34,856 bases of DNA from an uncultured virus (IMG/VR IMGVR_UViG_3300045815_000012) (Duplodnaviria; Heunggongvirae; Uroviricota; Caudoviricetes). The notes under the pieces are model-generated. The model was not told the DNA's origin and searched no databases. It saw nothing but the letters and a program-made list of their open reading frames with translations. Positions 18,066-26,294 of this stretch are shown here, piece after piece. Each line of letters opens with the position of its first letter. Positions within the stretch are counted from its first letter, which is position 1. A program made the translations under genes and the position numbers. The stretch lies in the IMG/VR virus record IMGVR_UViG_3300045815_000012; one strand, written 5' to 3'.

Positions 18066-18100
18066 AGAATCACCTCGAATTTAGTTTGATGCCATAACTC

Positions 18101-18283
18101 TCATTTTTTCATTAGCTTTTTTGTATTGCTATTCCACTCAAATAGTTCACAGGTTCTTAAATCTACGACAACAGCTACCCCGTCTGCAATTGCAGAATAA
18201 TGCCGATTGTCCCATTGACGATATTTTTTAACTTCGCAATATCCATAACGCTGAATCAGCTCTTTAATCCTCTTTTTTTGCAC
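18101..18283 (-). CDS. Hypothetical phage protein
   Basis: 60 aa, GTG start after GAGG, overlaps the DUF1064-like gene. Confidence 0.65.
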   Translation of the reverse strand: MQKKRIKELIQRYGYCEVKKYRQWDNRHYSAIADGVAVVVDLRTCELFEWNSNTKKLMKK

Positions 18284-18695
18284 TAACTATAAACGCCTCT
18301 TTTCTCTTGTTTGCTGGCATGTTGAACGGATAGTGAATAAAGCCATATCGTGTCTTCTTAGCCAGTTCAATTACTATGCCTAACTCTTTAGCTATCATCT
18401 TTGCTTTAAGCTTGAAATCCTTCGTTTCCACGCCTTTAACGTCAACCAGTCGAATAAGTTCACCTTTGTCATAAAAAGCATAGTCAGCGACGTATTGAGT
18501 CTTTCTAATGGCCCATTGATTAAGTTTTAACGTCGGCAAAATATCTAGACGATCTTGAAGTTTAAGCTCATATCCGTGATCCTTGGCATAAGCGACAGCG
18601 ATTGGATAATAATCAGCCTCAGCAATCGAATCAAACCAGCGTCCATTACGATATACTTTCTTATTGCCATATTTCGATCTTGAGCGATATTTCAT
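18264..18695 (-). CDS. DUF1064-like PD-(D/E)XK endonuclease (putative resolvase)
   Basis: SKYGNKK, FDSIAEA, YVADY, VDVKGVET motifs. Confidence 0.85.
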   Translation of the reverse strand: MKYRSRSKYGNKKVYRNGRWFDSIAEADYYPIAVAYAKDHGYELKLQDRLDILPTLKLNQWAIRKTQYVADYAFYDKGELIRLVDVKGVETKDFKLKAKMIAKELGIVIELAKKTRYGFIHYPFNMPANKRKEAFIVSAKKED

Positions 18696-18955
18696 GCAGG
18701 CACCTCAGCATTCAATCGACTAGTGAGAAATGTGAGATAGTAATCGGCATTTAATTTGCTGTAATCTACTTGTTTAGTGACGTATCGAAGAATATAGCAA
18801 GTGATCATTAGGCAGAAGCGGTGTTCAATTTCTTCGTGAGAACAATCAATTCGAACCATCTTTCTTAAACGTTCATAGTACGAACGTAATAATTCTTTCT
18901 CATCCTCGTTACTCGCTGTTTCGCCTAATTTGCTAATGATCTCAAGAAATCGCAT
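18692..18955 (-). CDS. Hypothetical protein downstream of the initiator
   Basis: 87 aa, coupled to both neighbours. Confidence 0.65.
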   Translation of the reverse strand: MRFLEIISKLGETASNEDEKELLRSYYERLRKMVRIDCSHEEIEHRFCLMITCYILRYVTKQVDYSKLNADYYLTFLTSRLNAEVPA

Positions 18956-19820
18956 GTTCCATCCCCCGCTTCTTAATTTCTTCGGTCAGTATTCCCAATT
19001 CTTGCTCTGTGACACTATACTTTTCTGCAAAATAATCTAGCGAAGGGTGTCCACCCATCTTTTCAGCCCACCAATAGTCAAATAGTTTTTTAGGCGTCCA
19101 TTTGCTTTTAGAATTACGAGCTGAATTATTTTTGTTATAGTGTCCATCCAAAAAGTGTTGGACCTTTTCTAACGAATCTAGACCTTGTGATTCCCATGAT
19201 TTAAGAATTTTCTCAAGGTATTTATAGCTACGAGCATTGTTCTTTAGCATCTCATCAATAGCAGCGATCACGATCGCATCATCACCAAAGTCATTGACCC
19301 AATGGCCTAAAGACTGAACGATGAATGGCGCTTCTGCTGGGTTCACTTGATTGAGCCAATAACGTACAGCGCTCTCTTCTGAATTTTTAGTAATACTAGA
19401 TTCAGAAGCATTATTACTTTGTTTAGTTTTGTTTTGTTTAGTCTTGTTTATATAAGCTGAAGTATCTACTGAAGAAACTACTGAACTATTTACTGAAGTA
19501 TCTACTGAACAATCTACTGTAGTCTTTACTGTAAAATTTCCAGTTATATCAGATAAGATATAAATTCCAGCTTTTGTTCTACCACGCTTTTTATATTGAA
19601 GGAGCCCGTTTTGGATTAACTGATTCCTATTATTAATCAATGTTTTCTCAGACGTTTTAGTCATTGATTGTAGCCTTGTATTTGAAATAGATAACTCCTT
19701 CTGCCAACCGCTCAGGTTTGCTACTCGCATAAGCTTGTACCAAAGCAACTGTGCCCCAGGCCCGATGTCATTAAACTCATTCAAATTTTCGAAAGCGTTA
19801 ATCTGTCTGATGTAGTCCAA
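18942..19820 (-). CDS. Replication initiator (wHTH + DnaD/DnaB_2 domain)
   Basis: MDYIRQINAF..AQLLWYKL wHTH, YKYLEKILKSW DnaD motif, internal iterons. Confidence 0.9.
   Translation of the reverse strand: MDYIRQINAFENLNEFNDIGPGAQLLWYKLMRVANLSGWQKELSISNTRLQSMTKTSEKTLINNRNQLIQNGLLQYKKRGRTKAGIYILSDITGNFTVKTTVDCSVDTSVNSSVVSSVDTSAYINKTKQNKTKQSNNASESSITKNSEESAVRYWLNQVNPAEAPFIVQSLGHWVNDFGDDAIVIAAIDEMLKNNARSYKYLEKILKSWESQGLDSLEKVQHFLDGHYNKNNSARNSKSKWTPKKLFDYWWAEKMGGHPSLDYFAEKYSVTEQELGILTEEIKKRGMEHAIS
19456..19539. repeat. Seven tandem 12-bp iterons (ACTGAAGTATCT-like), probable replication origin
   Basis: gctgaagtatct actgaagaaact actgaactattt actgaagtatct actgaacaatct actgtagtcttt actgtaaaattt, next to an AT-rich TTTGT/TTTAG repeat tract (~19418-19450). 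Confidence 0.8.
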
Positions 19821-19835
19821 AATCGTTACTCCTTT

Positions 19836-20636
19836 CTATAGATCATTCATATTGATGAAACCAGTGATTCGTTTGTGACCTCTGCAGTAATCGCATTGAC
19901 CACATTGAATAGGTTCTTCTTGTCCCATCTTCACTCGATGGATATGATCAATGTTTTCTTCTAATCTCGATAGTTCTGATTGCATTTTTGATTCATCTAA
20001 AGTAATTAGACCAACATCACTAGGTGTCTGCTTACTGACTGCTGCAATGAATGGAACGAATTGTTTATTGTATTGTTGCTCTAGCAACTCTCGATAGACA
20101 GCCATTTGAAGCGCATATCCGTAACGTTCAATGAAGTTAGCTCTAGGGCCCCAATAAAGGTCATACTTCTTTTCATGTATATCTTTTGTTGTCTTGATAT
20201 CAACAAAGTAACCATCATTTAGATTTAAACAATCAATCTTGCCTTTCCATTCGATTCCAAATAATTCACCAGTCACAATGACTTCCTTATCTCCTTGATA
20301 AATCTGATTGAATGCGGGTTCCTGTTTTAGTCGATCAATCATTTGTTCTGCGATTTGAAAGTCTTTTAAAAGTCCGAATGGGTTGCGACTGGAGAACATT
20401 TTTTCTTTGTTTTCTTCTTTAAATGCTTCGTGTGCTGCTGATGATTCAAAATAAGAATGAACATAGTTTCCAACTAACAAAGGTTTCTTGTCATGATCAG
20501 GCTCCCATTCCCCTTTTAATTCTGCTAATGCCGCAACTTCACAATTTAAAAAGTTTTTATATTGGCTGACTGACATATAATGCCAATCAGCCTCATTTGA
20601 ATAGTAGTTTTCATCAGAAAGGATATCCGTCTCCAT
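19836..20636 (-). CDS. RecE-like PD-(D/E)XK exonuclease (DUF3799-like)
   Basis: ENYYS..MSVSQYK, KGKIDCL, FVDIKTT, YALQMAVY and C-terminal CGQCDYC. Start uncertain (20636-20681). Confidence 0.85.
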   Translation of the reverse strand: METDILSDENYYSNEADWHYMSVSQYKNFLNCEVAALAELKGEWEPDHDKKPLLVGNYVHSYFESSAAHEAFKEENKEKMFSSRNPFGLLKDFQIAEQMIDRLKQEPAFNQIYQGDKEVIVTGELFGIEWKGKIDCLNLNDGYFVDIKTTKDIHEKKYDLYWGPRANFIERYGYALQMAVYRELLEQQYNKQFVPFIAAVSKQTPSDVGLITLDESKMQSELSRLEENIDHIHRVKMGQEEPIQCGQCDYCRGHKRITGFINMNDL

Positions 20637-21411
20637 CTTCATCAATTGGAGCCACTTCCTCTCTATCGAAATTAATTGCATTTGGATCTTTATAGTTAAG
20701 GTCTAATGATTCTTGCTCAGGTTCATTTTCTAGCTCGACTACATCAGCTTCTCTAGGACCATTCACAGCATTGCTAAAGAATTTATTTTCTAGTTCCTGT
20801 GTTTTTTCAGGTTCAGGCGTTACTTGTTTAGCATTTGTTTGTTGCAGTTTTACGTTTTGGTCATCTTCTGTATACATAGCTCCCAAAGCTTCTGGAAAGG
20901 CTTCTCTTAATGCGTTAACGATTGCTGTTTTTCTAATCATTGTGTTTGGCATGTTCTTCCAAGTAGCTTGTCCTTTAGAAAATTCTTCCAATGCTACTTG
21001 AGAGACAATAGGCATCGTTCTATCTTTTCTATAAACCTTAGCCCAGCCGCCGATTAACACATCTTTAGGCAATTTAATCGCTCCAGCCAATTCCTTAATG
21101 TCCTCACCACGTTGGACAACGATTCCTGCTTCAAATCCATCATATTGAGGATGACTTTCTGCTCGTTTCATAAAAGCTTCTTTTGAAACAATAATTTGTG
21201 CAGGTTGTGTTCCGAACTTGACTAAATATGCTTCATTCAAGAATGGATTTAGCTTTTGATACTTAGCCAATTGTAGAAACATTACTAACTCTTGGTCCGT
21301 CACATTCCCATTTCCAGAAACAAGATATTGTTTAACCATGTTTCCGGTAAGTTTTACTTCTTCACCGTTTACTTCATATTCAATCGGTTTTTCTAGAATT
21401 TCATTACTCAC
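20614..21411 (-). CDS. bet: Single-strand annealing recombinase (Bet/RecT family)
   Basis: KLNPFLNEAYLVKF and WKNMPNTMIRKTAIVNALREAFP; acidic C-terminal tail DGDGYPF. Confidence 0.9.
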   Translation of the reverse strand: MSNEILEKPIEYEVNGEEVKLTGNMVKQYLVSGNGNVTDQELVMFLQLAKYQKLNPFLNEAYLVKFGTQPAQIIVSKEAFMKRAESHPQYDGFEAGIVVQRGEDIKELAGAIKLPKDVLIGGWAKVYRKDRTMPIVSQVALEEFSKGQATWKNMPNTMIRKTAIVNALREAFPEALGAMYTEDDQNVKLQQTNAKQVTPEPEKTQELENKFFSNAVNGPREADVVELENEPEQESLDLNYKDPNAINFDREEVAPIDEDGDGYPF

Positions 21412-21733
21412 GATCCAACACTCCTTCTAGTTTCTTCTGTAGGTATTCTCTGCCTTCAATAGCAAAGCTGTAATCTTGATACACAATGCCGATATCATCG
21501 ATCAATTCCACGTAATTATCGATCACTACGTATTTAGCAAAAGTGACTTTTACTATTCTGTCTTGTGTGATTTGTCTTTTCGAAAAAACTACTTTCATAA
21601 CTAAATCACTGTCATAAACCTGAGTGCCATAATCATCGAACATATAATCATATTCAGTATTGATATTGCTTTGACTAACGTTTGTAAAAATATGGCTCTT
21701 TGTATCTGCCATTGCACGATCGTAATTAAACAT
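21404..21733 (-). CDS. Hypothetical phage protein
   Basis: ATG at 21733 after AGGGGG. Confidence 0.7.
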   Translation of the reverse strand: MFNYDRAMADTKSHIFTNVSQSNINTEYDYMFDDYGTQVYDSDLVMKVVFSKRQITQDRIVKVTFAKYVVIDNYVELIDDIGIVYQDYSFAIEGREYLQKKLEGVLDRE

Positions 21734-21806
21734 TGTTATTTCCCCCTTCATTTGTTAAAATGAGGTCAAATAGATTAACCTTTTGCGACTTACTTTTGCT
21801 GTCAGG

Positions 21807-22007
21807 CTAGTAAGTCTCTTTTTTTGTGCGTTGTTCGTATTCTTTCTCGTCGTAGATCATAGTAGTTGGGATTAAAACGCTTGCTGCTGCTATGCAAATG
21901 ATCATTACTAAAACTTTTAACGATTGGATCGAGCTGAGTTTCAGCATCAGTACTAGTCCAGCAACAAAGGCTATTCCAAATCCACGAATAATTTTTATTT
22001 TCTTCAT
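21807..22007 (-). CDS. Small two-TM membrane protein
   Basis: Two hydrophobic segments; AGGAGG RBS. Confidence 0.7.
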   Translation of the reverse strand: MKKIKIIRGFGIAFVAGLVLMLKLSSIQSLKVLVMIICIAAASVLIPTTMIYDEKEYEQRTKKETY

Positions 22008-22018
22008 GCTTGCGCCTC

Positions 22019-22480
22019 CTACTGGCCCAACTCGTTTACTTTTTGTTGGCTCAAATTTGCTAACTCCGCCATGCGTGCGTCTTTTTGTGCTGAATCATTT
22101 TGAGCGTTAGATAGTTCATTACGCAGCTTATCCGCCTCTTGCTGTTTCTGCGTGACTTCCTGTTGCTTAGATTCGACTTCACGTTGTTTGGCTTCGATCT
22201 CAGACTGCTTCGCATTGACCTCGTTTTGTTTGTTTGCCAATTGCTGTTTCAGGCTGTCTAGTTGATCTTGAAGGTTCTTTTGTTGCCCCGTCGTTTGATC
22301 AAGTTTGCTTTGAACGTCTGCAGCCTTCTGTTTGTTCTGCGTAGCAATGTTAGCCAGTTTGTAGATGTTCTGTTCAACAGTTGTTGCGTTATCGAAGAAA
22401 CCAACGCCTGCCGCGAATCCTACAGTCGATCCTAGAAATAATGCAGCGCTAACTCCTAGTGCGATTTTTTTGTTTTTCAT
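22019..22480 (-). CDS. Signal/TM-anchored Gln/Lys-rich coiled-coil protein
   Basis: MKNKKIALGVSAALFLG N-terminus, then heptad repeats (KQNEVNA KQSEIEA KQREVES KQQEVTQ). Confidence 0.8.
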   Translation of the reverse strand: MKNKKIALGVSAALFLGSTVGFAAGVGFFDNATTVEQNIYKLANIATQNKQKAADVQSKLDQTTGQQKNLQDQLDSLKQQLANKQNEVNAKQSEIEAKQREVESKQQEVTQKQQEADKLRNELSNAQNDSAQKDARMAELANLSQQKVNELGQ

Positions 22481-22737
22481 GCTGTTCCCTCCTTTTTCAT
22501 TTCCAAAATATTTTTGTTTAGTTTTGATAACTCTTTGCGCTGTTTTTCTTCTGAAATCACATTTCTAAAACTTTTTCCTGCATTTTCGAATAAAAACCTT
22601 TCGGCTTCACGTATACTAACCAGTTTTTGAGAACTAAATTGAACTGTCTTTATCAAACCTAAGTCGACCAAAATGTAAATGTTATCTTTTGACGTTCTGT
22701 ACTCACTAGCTAATTCCGGTAATGTGTACGCAAGCAT
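22477..22737 (-). CDS. Excisionase-like winged-HTH protein
   Basis: LAYTLPELA..TSKDNIYILVDLGLIK resembles HTH_17/Xis; early operon position. Confidence 0.65.
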   Translation of the reverse strand: MLAYTLPELASEYRTSKDNIYILVDLGLIKTVQFSSQKLVSIREAERFLFENAGKSFRNVISEEKQRKELSKLNKNILEMKKEGTA

Positions 22738-23265
22738 TTAATCATTCCTTTCTCTCGATTCTGCATCCTTGACGATTGCTCTTGAATTGAAATTGTATCG
22801 ATCGCAAACTGAGTTAAAAACTGCAATTTCTGATGAAATCTCGTCTACCACTTCCAACAACCAGAGTTTTATTTCAGTTCTTTCATCGTGACTGATTTCT
22901 TCATTAGATATCGATAGTAAATCCCAAATTTCATATTTCTTTTCTACTTCAATTCTTTCAATTTCTTCTTTGTCTTGACCAACCATTTTTGAAAGTGGAT
23001 GCGCATCTCGACGTTTTCGATTTAATGGTTTTGGTGTATAGAACATCGCAGCAGCTACCTCGAAATCTGTTTCTGGATTTTGCAAGTAATCAGCAATTTC
23101 TACAACTCTTTCTAATCCCATCGTCCGTCTACCATTTAACATGTGACTTAGATTCTGCGCTGAGAAGTTCAGGTGATCAGCCATGACTCTTTGGTTCAAA
23201 GCCTGTTTGTCAACTTCCTGTCTAAAAATAGATGCGACTTGCTTCTCCATCGAAGAAACTCCCAT
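22738..23265 (-). CDS. XRE-HTH domain protein with C-terminal extension
   Basis: NQRVMADHLNFSAQNLSHMLNGRR; ATG at 23265 after AGGAGTG. Confidence 0.75.
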   Translation of the reverse strand: MGVSSMEKQVASIFRQEVDKQALNQRVMADHLNFSAQNLSHMLNGRRTMGLERVVEIADYLQNPETDFEVAAAMFYTPKPLNRKRRDAHPLSKMVGQDKEEIERIEVEKKYEIWDLLSISNEEISHDERTEIKLWLLEVVDEISSEIAVFNSVCDRYNFNSRAIVKDAESRERND

Positions 23266-23330
23266 ATTAATCACTCCTTTTGTATTCAATTGTCATTTTT
23301 CATAGCAGTCATACTGCTATAAACTGTTTA

Positions 23331-23492
23331 TTAGAAGTAGAACATCATGTCTTCAATCAGACGGTCATCCTGTTGACTCTCAACTTCATACAGTTGATTG
23401 ATGAACTGATCCGATTTTGTTTCTAAGTAGGCTTTAGTTAAGTGATCGCCTAAACGTTTAAGTATGAACTCAATTTTTTCTTGTTTTGACAT
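23331..23492 (-). CDS. Small hypothetical protein
   Basis: ATG at 23492 after GGAGGTG; 53 aa. Confidence 0.7.
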   Translation of the reverse strand: MSKQEKIEFILKRLGDHLTKAYLETKSDQFINQLYEVESQQDDRLIEDMMFYF

Positions 23493-23542
23493 TAGATCAC
23501 CTCCATAATTTCTAGTTATTTTTGATTGTACAAACAAACTGG

Positions 23543-23770
23543 TTAATCAATTTGTTCCGTTTTAGTTAACTCCGTTTCCAAAAAAATATCATCTGGTTCT
23601 TTACCGAAAACCAAAGCAATTTTTACGGCATTCTCATAAGAAAGCCTTCTTTTACCTTTTTCGATCATCCAGTAAAATTCCTTTGTAAGTCCAGCGGCAT
23701 CAGCGACCTGTTGAAAAGTTTTTCCATTCTCTTTTCTTATTGTTTCTAAATTTTGCAAAACCATTACCAT
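23543..23770 (-). CDS. cro: Cro-like repressor
   Basis: 75 aa XRE HTH, divergent from cI. Confidence 0.85.
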   Translation of the reverse strand: MVMVLQNLETIRKENGKTFQQVADAAGLTKEFYWMIEKGKRRLSYENAVKIALVFGKEPDDIFLETELTKTEQID

Positions 23771-23782
23771 CCCTCCTTCTAA

Positions 23783-23899
23783 GTTAACCTGATGTTAACT
23801 ACAGTATAGTTAACCGCAAGTTAATTGTCAACTATTTTTATACTCATTTAGTTAACTTTTTTCCAATCAATTGAGTTAACTGTTTGTTAACGGTAAAAT
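23783..23899. promoter_or_regulatory. Lysis/lysogeny switch: divergent promoters and GTTAAC-N5-GTTAAC operators
   Basis: Operators at 23783-23799, 23809-23825 and 23875-23891. Lytic promoter (minus) TTGACA-17-TATACT at 23831-23803; cI promoter (plus) TTGAGT-17-TAAAAT at 23871-23899. Confidence 0.85.
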
Positions 23900-23922
23900 A
23901 ATAAAAGAAACGAGGTGTTAAC

Positions 23923-24579
23923 ATGGACTTTGGATCTCGATTAAAAGAATTACGAGTTTCAAAAAAACTTACTCAACAACAATTAGGAGATAAGATTCAC
24001 GTTTCTAAAGTATCAATTTCTGGTTATGAACGTGGTGAACGTAGTCCTGATAGAGAAACTCTCACTTCTCTCGCAGATTTTTTTGATGTATCTACAGACT
24101 TTCTGTTAGGACGTGAACCTAAAGACATTAATAATTCTGTTGGTATCGGTGGAGTCATTCCAGAGGACTATTCAATTCCTATTTTAGGTAGGATTGCAGC
24201 TTCATCGCCAGCTGGTTTAGTAAGCGATTACGAAGGAGAAATTTTCATACAGCCCTCTACTATAAAAAAGTATGGTAGACACGATATTTTCGCTTTACGA
24301 GTTTTAGGCGATTCAATGAATCGAATCATTCCTGATGGCGCAATCGCAGTAATCAGAAAAAGTTGCGATTGGGAAGATGGAGATATCTGCGCTGTAACAA
24401 TTAATGGAGATGACGCAACTCTCAAACAAGTTCATAAAACAAACCGTGGAATTAGATTTTCACCATTAACTTACTCACGTTTCCACACACCATGGGAATA
24501 TATTAAAGATGAGGACGATGTTGACGTTATCATCCATGGAGTTTTTTTATATGGCATAATACCAACTGATAAAATGTAG
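23923..24579 (+). CDS. cI: CI repressor (XRE HTH + S24 autopeptidase)
   Basis: N-terminal HTH; IPILGRIAAS cleavage region; GDSMN catalytic Ser and TLK catalytic Lys. Confidence 0.92.
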   Translation: MDFGSRLKELRVSKKLTQQQLGDKIHVSKVSISGYERGERSPDRETLTSLADFFDVSTDFLLGREPKDINNSVGIGGVIPEDYSIPILGRIAASSPAGLVSDYEGEIFIQPSTIKKYGRHDIFALRVLGDSMNRIIPDGAIAVIRKSCDWEDGDICAVTINGDDATLKQVHKTNRGIRFSPLTYSRFHTPWEYIKDEDDVDVIIHGVFLYGIIPTDKM

Positions 24580-24594
24580 AATGGAGTGTTAAAT

Positions 24595-25665
24595 ATGGAA
24601 ATGGAAAAATTTAAAGATGATTTAAAACAATTGGGAAAGCGCGTAATAAAGCTAAAAGACAATATTGGTACGGAAGAAGCAACTAAAACTTCACTCATTA
24701 TGCCTTTTTTTGCAGCGTTGGGCTATGATCTATTCGATCCCACTGAATTTGTTCCAGAGTTCACTGCAGACGTGGGTATTAAAAAAGGTGAAAAAGTCGA
24801 TTATGCTATTGTTATCGATAGTAAGCCTACTATTCTAATTGAAGCGAAGTCAATTAATGAAAAATTAACAAAACATGATTCACAACTTTTTAGATACTTT
24901 GGGACTACAGAATCTAAATTCGGGATCTTAACGAATGGTCAAGAATACAAATTTTTTACTGATCTAGATGAACCTAATAAAATGGATTTAGCACCCTTCC
25001 TTACAATAGATATAACAAATATTAAAGACAACCAAGTTCCTGAGTTAGCTAAGTTTCATAAGGAAAATTTTGATGTTGACAAGATTACTAGTTCTGCCGC
25101 TGAGCTTAAATACTTGAGTCGTTTAAAGGATTATTTATCGTCTGAGCTTGACAATCCTAATGATGAGTTTATTAAGTTCCTTCTTGGTGAAATTTATGAT
25201 GGGATGAAAACAAAACAGATCATTGATAAATTTAAACCAATTATAAAAAAAGGACTCAATCAGTTTATCTCTGAAAAGGTAAATGATAAATTAAGCGCTG
25301 CATTAAAATCATCAGTCTCAGTAGATGAATTAGATACTAAATCAGAATCAAATACTACAGAAATTGACGAACCTGAAGTTATTACAACACCTGAAGAACT
25401 AGAGTCATATACTATTGTCAAGGTGGTTTTAAAAGATGTAATTCCTCTTGATCGTTTATTCTATCGTGATAATCGCAGTTACTTCAATATTTTATTAGAT
25501 GATAATATTCGCAAGTGGATTCTAAGAGTACGATTCAATACTAATGGTATGAAGATTGAATTAAATGATGAAAAACACTCTGTGTTTGAATTATCTCAAC
25601 CGATGGATATTAATAATTACGCCAAAGAAATAATCACAATTGTAAATAGATTTAATCAGAAGTAG
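24595..25665 (+). CDS. HsdR_N-type PD-(D/E)XK nuclease-domain protein
   Basis: TEEATK..LIMPF..LGYD, PEF, KVDYAI, IEAK, QLFRYF and ILTNG motifs; no helicase motor. ATG at 24595 after GGAG (track start 24586). Confidence 0.85.
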   Translation: MEMEKFKDDLKQLGKRVIKLKDNIGTEEATKTSLIMPFFAALGYDLFDPTEFVPEFTADVGIKKGEKVDYAIVIDSKPTILIEAKSINEKLTKHDSQLFRYFGTTESKFGILTNGQEYKFFTDLDEPNKMDLAPFLTIDITNIKDNQVPELAKFHKENFDVDKITSSAAELKYLSRLKDYLSSELDNPNDEFIKFLLGEIYDGMKTKQIIDKFKPIIKKGLNQFISEKVNDKLSAALKSSVSVDELDTKSESNTTEIDEPEVITTPEELESYTIVKVVLKDVIPLDRLFYRDNRSYFNILLDDNIRKWILRVRFNTNGMKIELNDEKHSVFELSQPMDINNYAKEIITIVNRFNQK

Positions 25666-25681
25666 AAAAGAGTGGGTTTTT

Positions 25682-26293
25682 ATGGTTGATTGGAAAGATT
25701 TAGGAAAAAGAACCTTCGATGCAACGAAAGATATCACAGAAAAGACAGTCGACTCATTTCAAGAATGGAAAGATGATCCTGAACGAATTGCTAAAGTTGA
25801 AACGAAAAAGGCTACAAAGAAAGCACAGAAAAAAATTGAGAAAGCTGAAAAAATGCAGAAAAAGGAAATCAAAAGAGTAAAAAGCGAACCGGATCATGAT
25901 TATTATTTTACTGAGAAAACATTTGAACCTTTCTCTTCTAAAGGCGTAGTTGAAGAATCGACATATAAAAAGATTAAAAGAGTAAAGCTTTCGAAAATCA
26001 CTCAAGAAGAACCTAATAGAATTTCTATAAAACAAGGTAGAAAAAAAATTGATTTTTTATTGGAAAAAATTGAATTCTCCGACAAAAAAAATTCAACTGG
26101 TGGCGCATTACTCGGTGTTGCAATTGCTGGAACTGCTGGTGCTGTTATTGGTAGCTCGATGAACTCAAGTAAAGTCTATGCAAACTTATACGTCCGTCCA
26201 TTAGATGAAAAAGGAGTGCTACATGTAATTCGTTTTTATGCTGACAATAAAGAAGCTGCTCAACTCTTAAGACTTCAGGCAACGGAGGATTAA
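25682..26293 (+). CDS. Hypothetical protein with glycine-zipper segment
   Basis: 203 aa; GGALLGVAIAGTAGAVIG. Confidence 0.75.
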   Translation: MVDWKDLGKRTFDATKDITEKTVDSFQEWKDDPERIAKVETKKATKKAQKKIEKAEKMQKKEIKRVKSEPDHDYYFTEKTFEPFSSKGVVEESTYKKIKRVKLSKITQEEPNRISIKQGRKKIDFLLEKIEFSDKKNSTGGALLGVAIAGTAGAVIGSSMNSSKVYANLYVRPLDEKGVLHVIRFYADNKEAAQLLRLQATED

Positions 26294-26294
26294 A

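Larger units (their letters stand above)
13391..18099 (-). repeat. Dispersed family of ~10 degenerate gene-boundary sites (consensus arm AGWTCCGSTAA, 6-bp spacer, often CNNYTGCATAG)
   Basis: Best copies at 13391-13418, 14127-14154, 17843-17870, 16299-16326, 16739-16766, 17025-17052 and 17556-17583. Weaker arms at 13644-13654, 15249-15259 and 18089-18099. Nearly all sit at or overlap a stop codon. Confidence 0.7.

Noticed and set aside
13391..18099. Classical integron (attC array)
   Set aside because: The sites lack long attC palindromes and GTTRRRY ends, and the integrase is a phage-type Int, not IntI; kept only as a cassette-like hypothesis.
19456..19539. Tandem repeats as a CRISPR array
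   Set aside because: 12-bp contiguous units without spacers inside the initiator gene: origin iterons.
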